Part shown: one piece after another, positions 60,424 to 64,000 of the stretch
Numbering within the stretch: position 1 is the first letter of the stretch
How the letters are laid out: each line of letters opens with the position of its first letter
From: Mobula hypostoma
Lineage: Eukaryota
Assembly (NCBI RefSeq): GCF_963921235.1
Contig: NC_086108.1
Coordinates: 81,532,001-81,596,000, forward strand
Length of the DNA stretch: 64,000 nt
Reading direction: 5' to 3'
The notes under the pieces: generated by a model
The model's input: the letters and a program-made list of their open reading frames with translations, nothing else
Told to the model about the DNA's origin: nothing
Databases searched by the model: none
Position numbers and translations under genes: made by a program

Positions 60424-62344
60424 AAGATTTGGTTCCTTATCCCAATAAGCCTTTATGTGACTTGGTATTAAACATTAAAGCACTTTGGGACATTTTAGTC
60501 TTCAGCCAGAACGGAAAGCCAAAATAAGTTTCTCACAAGACCAAGGGAGCAAATCAGAGCCAAGCTTGGATAAGATTTCTTTTTATATACATACATCCCT
60601 CATGGGGCCAGAAGCAATAGGCCTTCTCTTCCAAACCATAGGAAATCTCACCCTTTTCCCTTCCCTAGAGCTACTATTCTCACAACATAGACTGTCTTTA
60701 CATGGGATTTGAAGATCCTACAATATTTTGTGCTATATAAACTATTTCAGGATTTATTGACTAGCAGTGGCTGAGGATGACAGATGAGAACTGTCCCAGG
60801 GTTACATCCAACTCTGTAGCCCTGAATGCTAAACCTTCAACATTTCCTCCTGTACATTTGTGGGGAGCAAGAAAGTGCTTTCTGATCCTCACCTCACCGC
60901 TATGGAACCAGGAGCAGTAGAAACTGCTTCCCTGCCCTTATTTCAGGGTTTATTGTGAGTTCTTCCTGCAAGTTACTTCTCCACAAGTAGCTTGCCCACA
61001 CATTCACAGCCACTGGCTTTGCTGAGGTGGATTTGGAACAAATCTTGTTGCTGAAAATAAGAAATACACCAGCGATTGAAGTGGTTTTAGTGTGTGTACT
61101 GAGGTTTGATTTGGATGGAATGTGTACTTACAGAAAGACATTTGCTGACCAAAATCATTATTTGAACAGAACTGACACAGGAAATAACGTGAGAAAATTG
61201 ACAGAGTAAGAATTTCTCATGCCAAAGAAAGGTAGACGTAGCAGCTGCAAGATCAGAGAAATAAACTTGATTTAGATGGTAAGAAACAAATTAAAAGCAA
61301 GATTGATTGTGTTTTTTTCTATTTTATTCCCTGTAGATTGAAGAAGACAGGAAAATACCAAAGTATTACGAGTTATTGGCTTGATCATTTATACAGTAAA
61401 ATTATTTTAACCACAATTTAAAAATATATTTTATAATTGCTATCTCACCACATGCAATGAAATATAACATGCACAATATTTACACTTGAATATAAGTACT
61501 ATTGAATATAATTTACATTTGAAATTACTCCTATGATGTATGGGTGTACCAGAATGGTGCATAATATGGCAGCAGAATTGTCTGTCTACCTGACTGTATA
61601 TTTCCCTTGCCATGTTTCTTTTCACATCAGATAGTACGTCGACTCAGACGTATCAAATCCAAGACAATCAAACTGTTTCCTGGACTCAGCACTACGCCAA
61701 TATACATCTGTCATATTCTATCAACTAACATTTCAAATCTACTGCTGAAGAATGCAAACGGAAAAGGTCAAAGATTGTACTTAATCCAACCTATCGGTAA
61801 TATATCTTTTCAGGATGTACACTGAGCATTTTTTTAACTACCCCAAAACCCATTCAAGACTCATTTCATAAACAACCACTTTTTAATTTTGGATCTATCC
61901 GAATTCACATCATAAGGTTATTCTTAGTATTTTTCAGCTGTGAATTCATTAACTTCTAACAATGGTTGTTGGTTAACTGATTAATGAATTCATATAAATT
62001 ACTTCTCATTCAGTTCGTTAAAGCTCTCATTAACTTAAAAATCACTTTGTTCAACTTGATTCTCTTTCCTTGAATGTGAACTAATTCTTTTTTTTGCAAA
62101 GACCAATCTTCTAAAAATCAAATGTCGTTGATTTTGGTTATGACAGTTCAAAATTCCTTGCCACAAATTTAATGTCTTGACAATATCTGACTGTTAACAA
62201 GTTGTACTGATTTCTTAATTCAAATAAAAATTTACTTAGAATTCATTCAATCTGTCTGATATCCTCTAAGTGTTGTCACTCAGCAATTTAAACCTGCATT
62301 GATCTTATTTATTTCAGTATCACTCAAACTCAAATTCTAAATGC

Positions 62345-62965
62345 ATCTGAGGACACTCTAGGGTTAGAGTAGCAACATCTCACATTCTGTCTGAGTGAAC
62401 ATGAACATGTTGACAACATGAACATTGATTCCTCTAACTTCTGGTAATTTACTCCCCCCTCCCCTCTCTCTTCTTCCATCCCCCAGTCTGGCTTACCCCT
62501 CCTAACCTGCCTATCACCACCCACAGATGCTGAATGACCTGCTGAGTTCCTCCAGCGCATTGTGAGTGTTCATTTGACAACAGCGTCTGCAGATTACTTT
62601 GTGTTTCACCACCCACTGATACCCCTTCCCTTTCTCCCATGGTCTACTCTCCAACCAGAATTCTTCATTTTCCTCTCTTTACCTTTTCCATCTATCACCT
62701 CTCTGCTACTCATGTTGTCCCTAACTCTCCCACCCACCTACCTTGCCCCTCACCTGGCTTCACCTCCTCTCCATGCCCTCCACCCCACCCCACCTTCTTA
62801 TTCTGGTTTCTTCCCTCTTCCTTTCCCATCCTGATGAAGGGTCTCGGCCCAAAACATTCGTTCTTTATTTGTTTCCACAGAGGCTCCCTGACTCACTGAG
62901 CTCCCCTCCAGCATTTTGCATGTATTACTCTGGATTTCCAGCATCTGCAGAACCTCTTCTGTTCT
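62345..62965 (+). mobile_element. Penelope-like element 3' remnant with degenerate hammerhead motif
   Basis: QHLTFCLS...NMNIDSSNFW* endonuclease end, CTGATGAAGGGTCTCGGCCCAAAAC at 62831-62855, and the terminal repeat. Confidence 0.78.
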
Positions 62966-63122
62966 AAATGAATCCGAATAACTCATTAAAATACCCCAAG
63001 ATCCAAATTTACTGTATATCTTCATAAGTGCAGCTGACTATGACAGAACATGAGCAAAATGATTTTGTAGTAATTTAAATTTCCATATATTCCAATTAAA
63101 AATATTTCTAACTAAATCCTTC

Positions 63123-63128
63123 TTTATT
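63123..63128 (-). promoter_or_regulatory. Candidate polyadenylation signal for the kisspeptin receptor mRNA
   Basis: AATAAA on the minus strand ~620 nt downstream of the stop codon, in AT-rich unique sequence. Motif only. Confidence 0.3.
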
Positions 63129-63751
63129 TGTATTAAGTTTATACATGCAATCCATTAAATAAAAATGCAATGGATCACATTTTCCTGTCAATTTCCAATA
63201 GGTTGAACAGATCTCTCTTCAATCACACCTGCAATTTCATTAAACAAGCTACATCTTTCCAGTAATTCAAATTACTGAAAAATTCCAAATGGTACACTCA
63301 TTTCCCATGAATTACCATTATATAATAAATTTGGTCCAAATATAACTCTAAAAGCAAAGCTTGTTCTAAGTCCAAGTTTTAAGCTGTTTTTCTTTTGAAT
63401 TGTTTAAGTGACTCAGTGGGCTGTGGCAAGAAAGGTTTTCACACTGACTGTTTCCATCTAGAGTTTATAGAAATCCAAATCCTAAGGGAATACTTCTTGG
63501 CAACCAATTACAAAGGATTCATTTGTGCTTCTGAAGCTGCTTGAAGGTAAATCATTTTTTTACAGTAAACCGCAATACTTGGCCATATACTTAAGTGCTA
63601 CTCAGCGAAGGCAAGCTCATAAACAAATTAAGAACTTGCATGTCATATTACTGTTAGTACATTTGCCCTCAAGGAATTATCCGGGCCAAACACAATGGCA
63701 ATCTGTGACTATGTATCTTAAACATGTTTATGTACAAAGAATTCATAACTG

Positions 63752-64000
63752 TTAAGATTCTGCAGTGATGAACTTCATTTCTGCATTGCCACTGCCAGAG
63801 GTCACGTTGTTGTCCCTGACCTTATGTCTGAACATAAATGGAAAGGTCTTTTTAAAGGACTTTCTAAAGCTGGCTCCCATAAACCCATAAACAAAGGGAT
63901 TGATGCAGGAGTTGGCGTAAGACATGCAGTTAGCCCAAGTTTTGATCTTGTATGTCTCATAGTTGGCCTGGAATTTTGGGTAAAACGCCTGGAAGAGGAT
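63752..64000 (-). CDS. kiss1ra: Kisspeptin receptor (GPR54 family, Kissr2/kiss1ra-type), 3' part of last coding exon; partial
   Basis: Not in the ORF track because it runs off the edge. Translates to ILFQAFYPKFQANYETYKIKTWANCMSYANSCINPFVYGFMGASFRKSFKKTFPFMFRHKVRDNNVTSGSGNAEMKFITAES*. Shows the class A GPCR TM7 NPxxY, helix 8, and a tail closely matching recalled teleost Kiss1ra. Confidence 0.93.
   Translation of the reverse strand: MLFQAFYPKFQANYETYKIKTWANCMSYANSCINPFVYGFMGASFRKSFKKTFPFMFRHKVRDNNVTSGSGNAEMKFITAES

Noticed and set aside
60898..61050. Minus-strand exon-like segment downstream of the receptor
   Set aside because: Good acceptor and donor, but stops in all frames; at most non-coding.
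1..64000. CRISPR arrays, rRNA or functional tRNA genes
   Set aside because: None seen. The tRNA-like sequences are SINE heads or primer-binding sites.

Overview
Vertebrate genomic DNA, almost certainly from a cartilaginous fish: it carries SacSINE1/Deu-type SINEs and shark/ray-type CR1 and Penelope repeats, and a batoid origin is likely but unproven. The window is mostly intergenic and dense with transposable elements. The only host coding sequence I can name is the 3' end of a kisspeptin receptor gene (Kissr2/kiss1ra-type; TM7, helix 8 and C-tail) on the minus strand at 63752-64000, cut by the window edge. The top finding is a ~2.3-kb pol-less Gypsy LTR element (22265-24603). Its reconstructed Gag ORF continues in frame into three sense-strand fragments that resemble unrelated host genes: rabaptin (RABEP1/2), SH3KBP1/CIN85 and SLU7. 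Other notable items are a TSD-flanked 560-bp retroelement that begins at an HDV-like ribozyme fold, a U6-SINE chimera, a Penelope fold-back centred on a hammerhead cleavage site, and a very young non-autonomous Gmr1-like LTR element with an open 805-aa Gag-protease ORF. All homology calls are by eye against recalled sequences; no searches were run.
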